A DNA stretch of 40,000 nucleotides from an uncultured Acidobacteriota bacterium (GCA_963740015.1 CAVUCM010000021.1:1-40000), one strand, 5' to 3'; shown: positions 26,709-37,290, counted from the first letter of the stretch. Numbers and translations: made by a program. The notes: a model not told the origin generated them from the letters alone.

Positions 26709-26723
26709 GGAATCGAACAAACT

Positions 26724-27596
26724 CTAGGAATTCCCCGCTCTCTCAATGAGAGCCCGCAGCACGGTTTCCAGGCTGACACTTCCTTTGCGCGAGCCAGCTT
26801 CGCCATTCTCGAATTCAATCCAACCTTCGTTGAAGCCGTCGAGCATTCGCGCTCGTGGCTCGGGGTACTTCATGCCCTGCGATTTGAAGAGCGGCTCCCA
26901 AGTTTCGCGGGGAACCACTTCCATTCGGACCGGCCGGCCAAGCAGACGGGCGAAAGTAGCTGCGATCTCGTTTGGAGTTACGCGATGTGGACCTTCCAGC
27001 TCGGCGACGCGATGATCCGTCCACGTTTCGCGGAGCAGTTCGGCGGCGACGCGCCCGATGTCCGCAGTCGCAACCATGGGAAAGGGTTTGTCGAGTGGCT
27101 GGAGAAAGCTCGGAACCACGCCGCTGCTGGTTGCTGGAGCGACGTCCCAGGCCGCGTTCTCCATGAACCATCCGGGCCGCAGAAACGTAATGGGTACGGG
27201 CGACGTTCGCAGCTCTTGCTCGATGAGCGTGTGTTGCGAAAGCAGGTTCGATTGGATTGCCTGCGCTCCGATGGTCGACAAGTAGACGACTCGATCTGGA
27301 CGCGCCGCGTCCAACGCCACGCGCAGTGCCGCAGCTATGGCACGAGCCTCGGGGAATTCCGGCAAGGGATCAAAGCTCGGCGGAACGAGCACAAAAACTC
27401 CTTCCGCCCCTTTGAATGCCTCGGCGAGTGCAGCCGCGTCATTTATATCCGCTGTCGCAAGCTTACAGCCGCACTGCGTCCAAACTTTGCCCCTGCTAGC
27501 GTCGCGCACAACCGCACGGACGGGCAGTTTAGCCCCCAATAGGTTGCGCGCTACTTCACCACCTACGTTCCCGGTAACGCCCATTACTGCAAACAT
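26724..27596 (-). CDS. NmrA-family NAD(P)-binding protein
   Basis: MFAVMGVTGNVGGEVARNLL is a Rossmann GxxGxxG variant. The overall length is NmrA-like at 290 aa. Confidence 0.8.
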   Translation of the reverse strand: MFAVMGVTGNVGGEVARNLLGAKLPVRAVVRDASRGKVWTQCGCKLATADINDAAALAEAFKGAEGVFVLVPPSFDPLPEFPEARAIAAALRVALDAARPDRVVYLSTIGAQAIQSNLLSQHTLIEQELRTSPVPITFLRPGWFMENAAWDVAPATSSGVVPSFLQPLDKPFPMVATADIGRVAAELLRETWTDHRVAELEGPHRVTPNEIAATFARLLGRPVRMEVVPRETWEPLFKSQGMKYPEPRARMLDGFNEGWIEFENGEAGSRKGSVSLETVLRALIERAGNS

Positions 27597-27801
27597 TTTC
27601 CGCTCTCCTCTTTAGGGCATCAAAGGCGCTGCTGTTTGGATCGCAAAGCGCAAAAGAGTTCGATGATTTTCCCTAGTTACTCGGGTGTACTGTACTTCGG
27701 CTCTCGGAGCCTCTAGACAAATACTGTTTGCCAGTGGTGTTTTCTATTTCGGTTCACAGCGATTGCGTCGAACTTCCTCAGCCTCAATGACGCTCGGCTA
27801 G

Positions 27802-30147
27802 CTACGGCGCCGGTGGCAGGTGAGCTTCGAAGTAGCCGAGAATGTTTGTATAAACGTCCATGCTCGTACCCTGGCCCTCAAAGATGCCATGGGTGCGGCC
27901 AGGGTAGACGCGCATATCGAATTGTTTGCCGAGCGAGATCAATCTGTTGACCAGCAGCTCGAAACCCTGGAAATGCACATTGTCGTCGCCGGAGCCGTGC
28001 ATCACCAATAAGTCGCCGTGCAGGCCACCCGCAAAATTAATGGCCGAGCTCTGTTCGTAGGCCTTCGGACTATCCTGCGGCAATCCCATATAGCGCTCCT
28101 GATAGATACTGTCGTAAAGCCGCTGGTCGGGCACAGGCGCGACAGAAACTCCAACGCTGTAAACTTCTGGATAGCGAAACATCAGATTGAGCGTCTCCGT
28201 ACCGCCGCCACTCCAACCCCACACTCCGACGCGCTTCGCATCGATATACGTATGAGTTTTCTCAAGCGATTGAAGAGCGGCCGCTTGCTGCTGAGACGAA
28301 AGCGGCCCAACATTTCCGTAGACGACCTTGCGCCACTCGCGCCCACGCGGAGCGGGTGTCCCCTGATTGTCAAAGCTCGCCACAAGATACCCGGCGCTAG
28401 TAAGTGCGCGGTCGAACATGGACGGCCAGCGATCCGCAGTGGTTTGTCCGGCGGGTTCGGAATAGACATTCACAATGAGCGCATATTTCTTCGCAGGATC
28501 GAAATTAGGCGGCTTCATCAACCACGCGTCGACCGTCAGTCCGTTACCCGCGTCCACTCTCACAAATTCCGCTGGCCCGCTCGATAGCGGTTTTACACGC
28601 TCGGCAAGCACGGAATTGTCTGCGGTGTTTCGCATAACGCGATGATCGGGCAAGTGCACCACTTCAGACATAAGCGGTTCATTAAAGGATGAGAAGTTGT
28701 GGAAGGCCCATTCGCCATTCGGCGAAATAGTGTACGAGTGCGTCCCGGGCGTATTCGGTGGTGTGACGCGCTCAGGCGTAGCCGAGCCGTCCAGCCGCGA
28801 GCGATACAGATACCGCTGCGTGGGATTGTCCGGCGATGCGTTAAAATAAACCCACTTTTCATCCGGGCTGACACGGTCGACGTTTACCACGTCGAACTCG
28901 CCGCGCGTAACAAGCTCGGCTTTGCCGGATTCGCGCGCCACACGATACAAATGTCGCCAGCCATCGCGTTCGCTCAGCACCAGGAATTCGCGGCCCTTGT
29001 TGACCCACAAAACCGACGCATTCACATCCACCCAGGCGCGGTCTTCGTCAACGAACACGGTTCGCGCTACGCCCGAACTCGCATCCGCGAGCAGAAACTC
29101 ATTCTTATTCTGCAATCGGTTCATGTGTTGCAGGAGCACATGGCCGGAGTCAGCCCAGCCTATCTGCGGAATATAGAAATTGTTCGCATCTCCAGCGGTC
29201 TGCATCCAAACAACTTCCCCTCCAGCCGCGCTCGCGACACCCACGCGGACCGTCGAGTTGTGCGTACCCGCAAGTGGATACGGATATTGCAGCGTCTGCG
29301 GATACGGACCTGTGCCGGGATAAGGAATTCCAGTGACGATCTCGCCGCGCGGCGCGCCAAGATCGTAGATCAACGTATAGTTCCCCACGCCAGTCGTATT
29401 AAATTGCCAGAAAGCAATGGCGCGGCTATCGGGACTCCATTCGAACCCATCGCGGATATCAAACTCTTCTTCGTTCACCCAGTCGGAAGTGCCGTTAATG
29501 ACGGTGTCTGATCCGTCGTGCGTCAATTGTGTGATTTTTCCACTGGCCAACTCTTCGACGTAAACATTGTTGCCGCGAACGTAGCCAACTTTGCTGTTAT
29601 CGGGTGAAAACTTGGCAAACATCAAGCTCGATGCAGGAGCATCGCCGCCAAGTTTGCGCAGCGAACCGCTCTTCAAATTAAGAGCCCAATAATCGCCCCG
29701 CGTGTTCTGCCGCCAAACGGTATGCGAATTCGTGAACACCAGAACCTGCTGTCCGTCGGAGGACATTGTGTAATCCTCGAGAGGCAGCGGCGCTTTCTCG
29801 CCAGCCGGAATCAGACGGTTTGCCGCAACTAGAATCTCTCGAGCTCCAGTCGACGTTTGATAACGCACAATGTCGCTGCCGCCACCCGAGGCCGCAGCTT
29901 CTATCGCCAGATAGAAATCCCCGTTCCCCAGCCATTCTCCTCCATGAAAAGTCTTCACGTGGAATTCCGGATTAAACATGGTACGGGCGACGAGTTTAGC
30001 GGCGGACTCCCGCTCATCCCCGCGAGCTCGAACCGGCGCCGCAAATGCTGCCGCAATGCCAAGTGCCGCCAACGCAGCTGCCGAGAAAAACGCACTCGTC
30101 CTAATTGCTCGTCTCGATGTACCTCTTCCCAGCTTTCCGTTTGACAT
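27802..30147 (-). CDS. Dipeptidyl-peptidase IV family serine peptidase (S9B), exported; paralog of 19427..21787
   Basis: DPPIV N-terminal propeller. Catalytic GVWGWSGGG, with later GSGDDNVH and THG. I prefer ATG 30147 (signal SAFFSAAALAALGIAAAFAAP, GGAGG 6 nt upstream) over the track start at 30225. Confidence 0.85.
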   Translation of the reverse strand: MSNGKLGRGTSRRAIRTSAFFSAAALAALGIAAAFAAPVRARGDERESAAKLVARTMFNPEFHVKTFHGGEWLGNGDFYLAIEAAASGGGSDIVRYQTSTGAREILVAANRLIPAGEKAPLPLEDYTMSSDGQQVLVFTNSHTVWRQNTRGDYWALNLKSGSLRKLGGDAPASSLMFAKFSPDNSKVGYVRGNNVYVEELASGKITQLTHDGSDTVINGTSDWVNEEEFDIRDGFEWSPDSRAIAFWQFNTTGVGNYTLIYDLGAPRGEIVTGIPYPGTGPYPQTLQYPYPLAGTHNSTVRVGVASAAGGEVVWMQTAGDANNFYIPQIGWADSGHVLLQHMNRLQNKNEFLLADASSGVARTVFVDEDRAWVDVNASVLWVNKGREFLVLSERDGWRHLYRVARESGKAELVTRGEFDVVNVDRVSPDEKWVYFNASPDNPTQRYLYRSRLDGSATPERVTPPNTPGTHSYTISPNGEWAFHNFSSFNEPLMSEVVHLPDHRVMRNTADNSVLAERVKPLSSGPAEFVRVDAGNGLTVDAWLMKPPNFDPAKKYALIVNVYSEPAGQTTADRWPSMFDRALTSAGYLVASFDNQGTPAPRGREWRKVVYGNVGPLSSQQQAAALQSLEKTHTYIDAKRVGVWGWSGGGTETLNLMFRYPEVYSVGVSVAPVPDQRLYDSIYQERYMGLPQDSPKAYEQSSAINFAGGLHGDLLVMHGSGDDNVHFQGFELLVNRLISLGKQFDMRVYPGRTHGIFEGQGTSMDVYTNILGYFEAHLPPAP

Positions 30148-30224
30148 TTGCAACCTCCGTGAACCAATTGCGGAAGAAAACACTATCAGATTCCAGCGCC
30201 GTCGCGTCTCCGAGCGGAGCCGCA

Positions 30225-30863
30225 TTACGGCACGATGATTCGGGATTCTTCGCGCTTGAGTTCCGGCGCAGCAGGGAACTGCCCGCGAAGGAATTCAATG
30301 TAGCGCCGGGCGCGCGGACGGCCGTTGGTTCGCAGCAGTCCCATCCGATAGAGGAAAACGAGCAGAGTAAAAACTTCGGAGTCCTTTGCCGGCGGCGCAT
30401 CGGCGCGTTCTGCGTTGTGCTGCTTGGATTCATTCAGAAATGCCGAGAGTGCAGCGTAAAGCTCGCGCGGCAGCGTGGCATCCGGAGGCTTCTCGTAAAG
30501 AATTCCCGAGCCCAGCGTTTTGTAGGTTTCGGCGAGAGCGCGCAGCGCGTCAAGAACATCCGGATCGGTCGTAGCGGGATGCGCGGCGGAAAATTTAGCC
30601 GCAGTAAACGCCAGCCCGGAAAGAACATTTTGGTGAGTGTAGATCACGTCTTGCGGGACTTTAACGTCGAGGAGTGGTGTGTTCTCCGGCAGCGAACGCT
30701 GATGCTGATCCTCGTACCGATGCGCCGCGACTAGGTAGGCGCAGTCCGGCGGGCAGTCGATGGAAACTTCCCGCTCCTTACCGCAGCAAACGGCGCAGAT
30801 TTTCTCGCCCTTCGCTGGACAGAATCTTTCCGCTTTGCGTTTTTCACAGATTGGACAGGACAC
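30225..30863 (-). CDS. Cys-rich (zinc-finger-like) hypothetical protein, 212 aa
   Basis: The N-terminus MSCPICEKRKAERFCPAKGEKICAVCCGKEREVSIDCPPDCAYL has 10 Cys in 42 aa. The remainder is helical. Confidence 0.55.
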   Translation of the reverse strand: MSCPICEKRKAERFCPAKGEKICAVCCGKEREVSIDCPPDCAYLVAAHRYEDQHQRSLPENTPLLDVKVPQDVIYTHQNVLSGLAFTAAKFSAAHPATTDPDVLDALRALAETYKTLGSGILYEKPPDATLPRELYAALSAFLNESKQHNAERADAPPAKDSEVFTLLVFLYRMGLLRTNGRPRARRYIEFLRGQFPAAPELKREESRIIVP

Positions 30864-30929
30864 AGCGGCCCCCAGTGATACAATGGGAAACCAGCAGAGT
30901 ACTCTGCCAACGGTGAAAAGACAAAATCG

Positions 30930-33218
30930 CTAGAAAACAAAACTTTTGCGCACCATGGTTTGATCGCCGGAGTGTATCGGCATGGAATCAGCCGGCCGCG
31001 GAGGAAAATTCGCTCCCGGAATGGTTGGAAGCCCGCTGGAGCGGTCTACCAACACGATAGTGACGGGCCCCGCAGCTTGTACCCGGAGTTGCACATCAAT
31101 TCCCTCAGCCGGCGGATTGGCGTAATCGAATCCCCAGTGGCCGGTTTGGTGCCAACGCGCGTCGGACGGCCTGCCAATATCGTGTCCATTGACGCTCGCG
31201 CTCAAAACTTCTGCTTGTGCGACGCCGACGTGAAATGTGCGCGCGCGCCGCGGCGTGGTGATGCGGAGATGCAGCGTGCGAGTCACGCCGTCGCTCGAGT
31301 TTTCAATCAGGTCCGCTTGTGGGGGCGCTACTGCGATGGAAGGCGCTTCGTGCTGAAGAAAATCGATGGGATACCAATCGGGAACAAAACCAGCAAGCTT
31401 TCCGCGAGAGGGAGAATTGCCAAGATATTGAGCGGTCCACGAGTCCACGCGGTTCGTGGAGCTTGTCCAAAGAGCTTTGCCTGTATCGGCGTCGAGAGCA
31501 TAGGCGAACAAGCTCGGTTTCGGATGAGTCGAAGAATAACGCGTTGTTCTTGCTGCGATGATACACAGAACGAGCGCGATGCTAAACGCGAGAACTGCAA
31601 GAAGTTTACCGGCAGATTCGAGGACTGGATCGAGATAAGGGAACAGGAAGAAGAAGAACACGCCGAGAGTTAAGCTTAGGAGCTGAGCGCCTATAGAAGT
31701 AAAGCCAAGAGCAGTGTAAAAGCCTTGCAGAAGCGGTACAAAGAAAATCACGGCGGGCATACTCAACACGCAGAGAAGCAAAATAGCTAGAAGCAAAAGA
31801 CGGCCCGGGCGAAAAGCTGCCGTAATGAACGCAACGAGACCGGCCAGCAGCGGCCAGACGAAAAGATAGCTCCCGCCTGGAAGCCATTTCGTCGTCACGA
31901 GGATGAGGACAAAAATCAAGAGCCCGCCGCCAAGAAAAAACGCGGGCGGCTTAATCCTCTTGCGAAACAGCAAGTAAACCAAAATCAGAACGGCAGCCAG
32001 CAAAGCGTATAGACTGAATGCATACAGCGCACTTTGTTCGAGTCCGCCCTCCTGAAGCGCATGGAGGTGAAGCCAGTGCACGCCGAGGACAAATCCTAGT
32101 CCGACCATCAACAACACAAGAAGAATGACAAAGTGCACGAAGAATCCGGCCAATATGGATAGCAGACTCGTTTGCCAGGCGCCTTTCGCATAAAAGATTG
32201 CGCCGAAGAGCAGGACGCCGGAAAGAAGTGCGAGAGGCCAAAGAAAACGGCTCGAATAATGCACAAAGAAATTTCCGGGTAATGAAAAATACACCGAGTC
32301 GCGGTCCTGAAGCTGACTGAGGTCCGTGTTGCCAAGGTTGCGAGCGAGAGACAACGCATTTTCCCCGTGCTGCTGCAAGCTGCCGCGATCGAGCATTTGC
32401 GGATTGTCGAGTGGCGTGTGATAAGCCTCCCAGTGACCAATAAATGCAAAGTTCAGGCCAGCCGCGCCGGACTTCTTGAACACGGTCATGTCCGTGTCGT
32501 TCGGCATGTGCTTATAAATCTCATAAGTCAGCGAAGAACCCGAAGGATGCGGCGCAGCCTGCGCGAAGAGTTCCACGAGCCGGCCGTTGCCTGCGCTCGT
32601 TTCAAACATTTGCGATTCGCCGGTGTTTCCACGTGCTTCGAAGTTGACCACGACGCGCACATCTTTAGCCGCTGGATTTTCCGCAACGAACGCGGAAGCG
32701 CCGAGCAGCCCGTCTTCTTCGCCGTCAGTGATCACAAAAAGAATGTCATTGCGCAATGGTGGGCCGGCCCGCAAGGCGCGAAGCGTTTCGAGCAAAGCAG
32801 CCACACCCGCACCATCGTCACCCGCCCCAGGACCAGCGGGAACGGAGTCATAGTGCGCGACCAGCGCGACGGCATCCGTCGCACCGTTCGTGCCCTTCAA
32901 TCGGGCAACGATATTTTCCACAGTTCCCGCGACTTCGTAGCGAGGCGTGACGCCCGTGGCTCGCTGTACTTCGGTAGTGAGCCCGAGTTCCGTGAACTGC
33001 TGCACCAGGTAATCGCGCACCCGGTCGTGCTCTGCCGAACCGAGGGGATGAGGCGCGGTCGCGAAGGCATTCAGATAAACGAGGGCTCGATCTGCGGAAA
33101 AAACATCTTGCGGTGCAGTAGCGGCTACGGGTCCGGGAACTCCGTCGTGCACCGCACACACGCCCGCAACCAGCAAAATAAACAAAAGTATGACCCAACC
33201 AGAAAAGCGATTGTCCAC
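30930..33218 (-). CDS. M28-family metallopeptidase fused to a polytopic membrane domain (762 aa)
   Basis: LVAHYDSVPAGPGAGDDGAGVAALLE and LFVITDGEEDGLLGA are the M28 zinc ligands. About 8 hydrophobic helices span aa 320-560. GTG start with GAGGG upstream. Confidence 0.8.
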   Translation of the reverse strand: MDNRFSGWVILLFILLVAGVCAVHDGVPGPVAATAPQDVFSADRALVYLNAFATAPHPLGSAEHDRVRDYLVQQFTELGLTTEVQRATGVTPRYEVAGTVENIVARLKGTNGATDAVALVAHYDSVPAGPGAGDDGAGVAALLETLRALRAGPPLRNDILFVITDGEEDGLLGASAFVAENPAAKDVRVVVNFEARGNTGESQMFETSAGNGRLVELFAQAAPHPSGSSLTYEIYKHMPNDTDMTVFKKSGAAGLNFAFIGHWEAYHTPLDNPQMLDRGSLQQHGENALSLARNLGNTDLSQLQDRDSVYFSLPGNFFVHYSSRFLWPLALLSGVLLFGAIFYAKGAWQTSLLSILAGFFVHFVILLVLLMVGLGFVLGVHWLHLHALQEGGLEQSALYAFSLYALLAAVLILVYLLFRKRIKPPAFFLGGGLLIFVLILVTTKWLPGGSYLFVWPLLAGLVAFITAAFRPGRLLLLAILLLCVLSMPAVIFFVPLLQGFYTALGFTSIGAQLLSLTLGVFFFFLFPYLDPVLESAGKLLAVLAFSIALVLCIIAARTTRYSSTHPKPSLFAYALDADTGKALWTSSTNRVDSWTAQYLGNSPSRGKLAGFVPDWYPIDFLQHEAPSIAVAPPQADLIENSSDGVTRTLHLRITTPRRARTFHVGVAQAEVLSASVNGHDIGRPSDARWHQTGHWGFDYANPPAEGIDVQLRVQAAGPVTIVLVDRSSGLPTIPGANFPPRPADSMPIHSGDQTMVRKSFVF

Positions 33219-33295
33219 CGAAGATACCCTCTACTCTGGACTGGAGCGGCGATAGTAATTTGTCTCAGCTCTGAAGAGCAAGCCGAGATTCCCGT

Positions 33296-34417
33296 CTACG
33301 CCATGATGACTTTATTCCGGAAGCGCCGCGCAGCCATGACGAGCAAGAACGTGCCCATTGCGAATAGCGCCAGCCCGTCCAGCCATAAATGTTGAAGAGT
33401 GGCTCCGCGAAGGATGATGCCGCGAGTGATGTTTATGAAATAGCTGGCAGGAACAAAGTAGCTAAGGACACGAAAGACTAGAGGCATCGTTTCGCGCGGG
33501 AAAATGTACCCAGAAAAGAAAATGCTCGGAAGAATAGTGAGAAAAGCCATCTGCATCGCTTCTCCCTGCGAGTTTGCTTTGCTGGAAATCAAAATCCCCA
33601 GAGAGAGCGAAACAAATAAATAAGGCAGCGAGAGAAACGCGAGCAGCAGCACGCTTCCGTGAATGGGAACGCGGAAGGCGAAGCGCATGGCTGTTACGAT
33701 GAGGCACAACTCGAAGAAGCCGATCGCGTAGTAAGGAAGAATTTTCCCCAGAAGTAGTCCGAACGGCCGCACCGGCGTTACGAAAAGTTGTTCGAGTGTG
33801 CCGCGTTCTTTTTCGCGAACGATGGCGAACGCAGTAAGAAACGTTGTGACGTTAAGCAGCAGGATAGCCGTCAGCCCCGGAAGGAAAAAATTTGGCGAGC
33901 GCGAATCGGGATTGAAAAGAAGCTGGGGACGAATGTCGATGGCAAAAGTAGCGCGATCCGGCAGAACGCGGCGAAGCGATTCATCCAGTCCAATGGAAGT
34001 AGCCACCTGAATCGCCGAGCCGGCCACGGAGGAATCCGATCCGTCGATTAGCACCAGCACTTGAGCGCTCATGTTATGCAGCAGCCGGTCCGAATAATCG
34101 ACTGGGATTTTGATGCCCACACGCGCGTGGCCGCTGATAATCGCGTCATTCATATCGTGATCGCTTTCAACGTAGCGAACGATGTGAAAGGTGTCGGAGT
34201 TCTTCAGACGGTCCAAGAACTCGCGGCTTTCGCGGCGCCCGTCGGCGTTAAAAACCACGGTGTTAACCTGGCGAATGTTGGTATCAATGCCGAAGCCGAG
34301 AAGCACCATCTGCAGCAGCGGGATGATCAACGAAAAGAAAAGCGTCCCAAAATCGCGCCGGACGTGTAAAACCTCTTTGTAAAACACCGCGCCGAAGCCC
34401 CGAAAAGCGTCAAACAC
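33296..34417 (-). CDS. ABC-2 type transporter permease
   Basis: An N-terminal TM helix and large periplasmic loop are followed by 5 TM helices (YbhS/YbhR-like layout). It overlaps the ATPase gene by 8 nt. Confidence 0.8.
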   Translation of the reverse strand: MFDAFRGFGAVFYKEVLHVRRDFGTLFFSLIIPLLQMVLLGFGIDTNIRQVNTVVFNADGRRESREFLDRLKNSDTFHIVRYVESDHDMNDAIISGHARVGIKIPVDYSDRLLHNMSAQVLVLIDGSDSSVAGSAIQVATSIGLDESLRRVLPDRATFAIDIRPQLLFNPDSRSPNFFLPGLTAILLLNVTTFLTAFAIVREKERGTLEQLFVTPVRPFGLLLGKILPYYAIGFFELCLIVTAMRFAFRVPIHGSVLLLAFLSLPYLFVSLSLGILISSKANSQGEAMQMAFLTILPSIFFSGYIFPRETMPLVFRVLSYFVPASYFINITRGIILRGATLQHLWLDGLALFAMGTFLLVMAARRFRNKVIMA

Positions 34418-35393
34418 GCGATGCCTCCAAAAGCGCTTGCTGTTTGTAGGTCAGCTCGACGAATACGTCCTCGAGGCTCGGTGCGAGCGGTCGAATCTCC
34501 GCCACGGCAATGCCGTTCTTTAGAAGCTGCTTTTGAAGATTGTGAAGATCCAGGTGGTCATCCACGAGCGCATGGATCGATTGGCCAAAAATCGTCGCGC
34601 TGCGTATGCCGGTCATTTGGCGCGCGAAACGCAGCGCGCGCGTTACTTCCGGCGTCGTAATCTCCACGCGTATCGTTCCCGCTGGCTGAACGTCCGGCAA
34701 TTCGCGAAGCGAATTGGGTGTGCCATCCGCGATGAGCTTGCCGTAATAAATGTAAGCCACGTGGCTGCAACGCTCCGCTTCGTCCATGTAGTGTGTGGTG
34801 ACGAAAAAAGTGATGCCATGCCCCGAAAGTTCAAACAGCAAGTCCCAAAGTTGGCGGCGCGCCACAGGATCGATTCCGGCCGTTGGTTCGTCGAGAAAAA
34901 GAAGTTTGGGTTCATGAAGCATGGCACAGCCGAGTGCGAGGCGCTGCTTCCATCCGCCGGAAAGCCTCGAGGACAAGCGGTCCATGTATGGCCCAAGCCC
35001 GTTGAGCTCCACGATTTCCGCGATGCGTCGTTTCAATCGAGCCGGTTCGAGGCTGTATATCCGGCCATAGAACTGCAGATTCTCCGCGACGGTAAGATCA
35101 TGATAGAGACTGTAATTCTGCGACATGTAGCCGATGCGCTCGCGCACCGCTTCGGAATCCACGCGAACGTCCAGGCCCTCGACATAAGCTGACCCACTGC
35201 TCAGCGGCAGAAGACCAGTAAGCATTTTGATGACGGTGGTTTTGCCGCTGCCGTTGGGGCCGAGAAAGCCGAAAATTTCGCCCTTCTCGACCCGAAAGCT
35301 CACGTCATTGACGGCAGTGACTTGGCCGAAGTGCCGCACAAGATGTTCGGCGGAGATGGCAGGTTCGGCGGGATTTTGCAGACCGGTAGCCAC
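34410..35393 (-). CDS. ABC transporter ATP-binding protein
   Basis: Walker A GPNGSGKTT, signature LSGGWKQRL, Walker B LLFLDEPTAGID. Confidence 0.9.
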   Translation of the reverse strand: MATGLQNPAEPAISAEHLVRHFGQVTAVNDVSFRVEKGEIFGFLGPNGSGKTTVIKMLTGLLPLSSGSAYVEGLDVRVDSEAVRERIGYMSQNYSLYHDLTVAENLQFYGRIYSLEPARLKRRIAEIVELNGLGPYMDRLSSRLSGGWKQRLALGCAMLHEPKLLFLDEPTAGIDPVARRQLWDLLFELSGHGITFFVTTHYMDEAERCSHVAYIYYGKLIADGTPNSLRELPDVQPAGTIRVEITTPEVTRALRFARQMTGIRSATIFGQSIHALVDDHLDLHNLQKQLLKNGIAVAEIRPLAPSLEDVFVELTYKQQALLEASRV

Positions 35394-35396
35394 GTG

Positions 35397-36494
35397 TTAA
35401 TTTCCCACTTTCAATTTCACATCTGCGGCCATGCCTGCAAGAACATGTCCGGCGGGATCGTTAATACGGATTTTCACGCCGAACATCTGATGAACGCGTT
35501 CTTCGCGCGTCTGCACGTTCCGCGGAAGAAATTCTGCTTGCTGGTTGATCTGTTCCACCACACCATCAAAAACCGTTTTCGGGAAAGAGTCGACGCGCAC
35601 TTCCGCTTTTTGCCCCACCTGCACGCGGCCGAGCTCCGTCTCCGGAATATAGATTCGCACGTAAATCTGATCCTGCTCCAGGAGTGTCGCTACAGGCGTG
35701 TTCGGAGCGATGATATCTCCCGGGCGCACATCAAGAACTTCGACAATAGCGGCGGATGGCGCGGTCACTTCGCGTTCGCGGAATCGCGCTTCGTCATAGG
35801 AGTAAGCCGCTTTTGCAAGATCAACATCCTCGCGGCGATTCCCGCGCTCGAATTTCTCGAGGGTTGCTTGCGTCTCGCGATAGTGCGCCTCCGCCGAGGC
35901 GATTTCCTCGGGGCGGTAGCCGCGCTTCAGTACATCGAGTTTGTGCTGGTAGTTCTGTTGCTGCGCCAGCGCCATTTTCCAGTTGGCCTCGGCCGTGTCG
36001 CGCTGCTGTTTCGAAACCAGGTCTTTCTCCGCCAGCGCTTGGTAACGCTGAAAATCCAGGCGCGCGCGCACTTCGTCCGCGGTAGCTCGCTCGACGTCGG
36101 ACTGCGCTGCCGCGATATCTTCTTTTCGGTAGCCATTCTGGCGCAATTCGTAATCGGCCTTCGCCTGCGCGGCAGCCGCACGGGCTTCAGCGATTTCTTC
36201 GGGCCGATAGCCACGCTGCGCTTTCTCGGCTGCGGCGCGAGATTGATCGAGCGAAGCCAGCAATTCCTTGTCGTCGAAGGTGATCAGAGTCTGGCCAGGC
36301 TGCACGCGATCGCCTTCGCGCACCAAAACCTTGTCGATGCGCCCTCCCACTTTCGACCCCACGCGAATGTTCCGAGCTTCAACTGTGCCCGAGCCTTGCA
36401 GCGCGTTATCGCGCCGGAACCATGTGGCGTAAACCGTCGTGCCGCCCAATATGAGCGCTACGAGAATCAGGATGAACACACGCTTACGAGTCAT
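35397..36494 (-). CDS. HlyD-family periplasmic adaptor (YbhG-like)
   Basis: N-terminal anchor ILILVALILGG. Lipoyl-like GTVEARNIRVGSKVGGRIDKVLVREGDRV. A long coiled-coil and a beta-barrel C-terminus follow. Confidence 0.85.
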   Translation of the reverse strand: MTRKRVFILILVALILGGTTVYATWFRRDNALQGSGTVEARNIRVGSKVGGRIDKVLVREGDRVQPGQTLITFDDKELLASLDQSRAAAEKAQRGYRPEEIAEARAAAAQAKADYELRQNGYRKEDIAAAQSDVERATADEVRARLDFQRYQALAEKDLVSKQQRDTAEANWKMALAQQQNYQHKLDVLKRGYRPEEIASAEAHYRETQATLEKFERGNRREDVDLAKAAYSYDEARFREREVTAPSAAIVEVLDVRPGDIIAPNTPVATLLEQDQIYVRIYIPETELGRVQVGQKAEVRVDSFPKTVFDGVVEQINQQAEFLPRNVQTREERVHQMFGVKIRINDPAGHVLAGMAADVKLKVGN

Positions 36495-36497
36495 GAA

Positions 36498-37226
36498 TCA
36501 ATCTCCACAAGTAAATAAAGGAACTCCGGTTAATACGGTCTCCACCCTCGCGGTTTCCGGTTGCGAAACTCCATCGTTTCGCGGAGCCAGGCCGGACCAC
36601 AGCACGTTGAACGCGGATTCCATGCGCGCGTGCAATGTACCGTCACCATTCAACGACCAGAGCAATAGAGTTCCGAAAATAGTTTGCCGAAAAACATGCG
36701 CGATCTCCGAGGCCGGAAGGTCCTTGCGAATTTCGCCTCGCTCCTGGCCGATGCGAACAATTTCCGTATGCAGGGCGTGCACGCGCTTTTGTAAATTGAG
36801 CATTGCCGCACGGACGGGAGTGGTCGAGAGATATGCCTGAAGCAAAGTCCGGATTATGCCGGGATGCCGAGTGGGTTCCTGAGTCATACGGACACCCAGC
36901 GAACGCAGAAACTTGGGCATGGACTCCCCGGTGTTGCGGGCCTCCTCGACGGCAGACTCCAGTTTCGCGAGTTGCATCTCTCCAAAGGCCAGCAGGATGT
37001 GATCCTTGCTGGGAAAGTAGTTAAAAAAGGTGCCTTTGCCGACGTCCGCGGATTCGGTGATATCTTCCACCGTTGTCTCGTTAAAGCCTTTTCTGGCAAA
37101 GAGATCCAACGCCGCGCGAAACAAGCGTTCGCGGGTTTCAGCTGTACGGCGTTCGCGGCGGCCATGGGAAGCCCGGGTAGGTGAACGGGGAACAGTTAAT
37201 GTCGTCGGCTTGGTTTTCTTGACCAT
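36498..37226 (-). CDS. TetR-family transcriptional regulator
   Basis: RERLFRAALDLFARKGFNETTVEDITESADVGKGTFFNYFPSKDHIL. It is the first gene of the tetR-hlyD-ABC operon, with 3-nt gaps between genes. Confidence 0.85.
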   Translation of the reverse strand: MVKKTKPTTLTVPRSPTRASHGRRERRTAETRERLFRAALDLFARKGFNETTVEDITESADVGKGTFFNYFPSKDHILLAFGEMQLAKLESAVEEARNTGESMPKFLRSLGVRMTQEPTRHPGIIRTLLQAYLSTTPVRAAMLNLQKRVHALHTEIVRIGQERGEIRKDLPASEIAHVFRQTIFGTLLLWSLNGDGTLHARMESAFNVLWSGLAPRNDGVSQPETARVETVLTGVPLFTCGD

Positions 37227-37236
37227 TGTTCATAAG

Positions 37237-37249
37237 TGACCATAAGTCA
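37237..37249. promoter_or_regulatory. Candidate TetR operator
   Basis: Palindrome TGAC-cataa-GTCA lies 11 nt upstream of the tetR ATG. It is embedded in the direct repeat CATAAGTgac/CATAAGTcag (37231-37250). Confidence 0.3.
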
Positions 37250-37290
37250 GAAATCGTGCGATGTCAATATCTCTTTCCCTCTTTTTCCGC

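Noticed and set aside
35322-36518. 398-aa plus-strand ORF
   Set aside because: It is a shadow ORF antisense to the HlyD gene in GC-rich DNA. The same applies to 12432..13214 (antisense to ruvB), 32367..33395 (M28), 14918..15715, 24032..24727, 28699..29511, 30960..31673 and 38659..39237.
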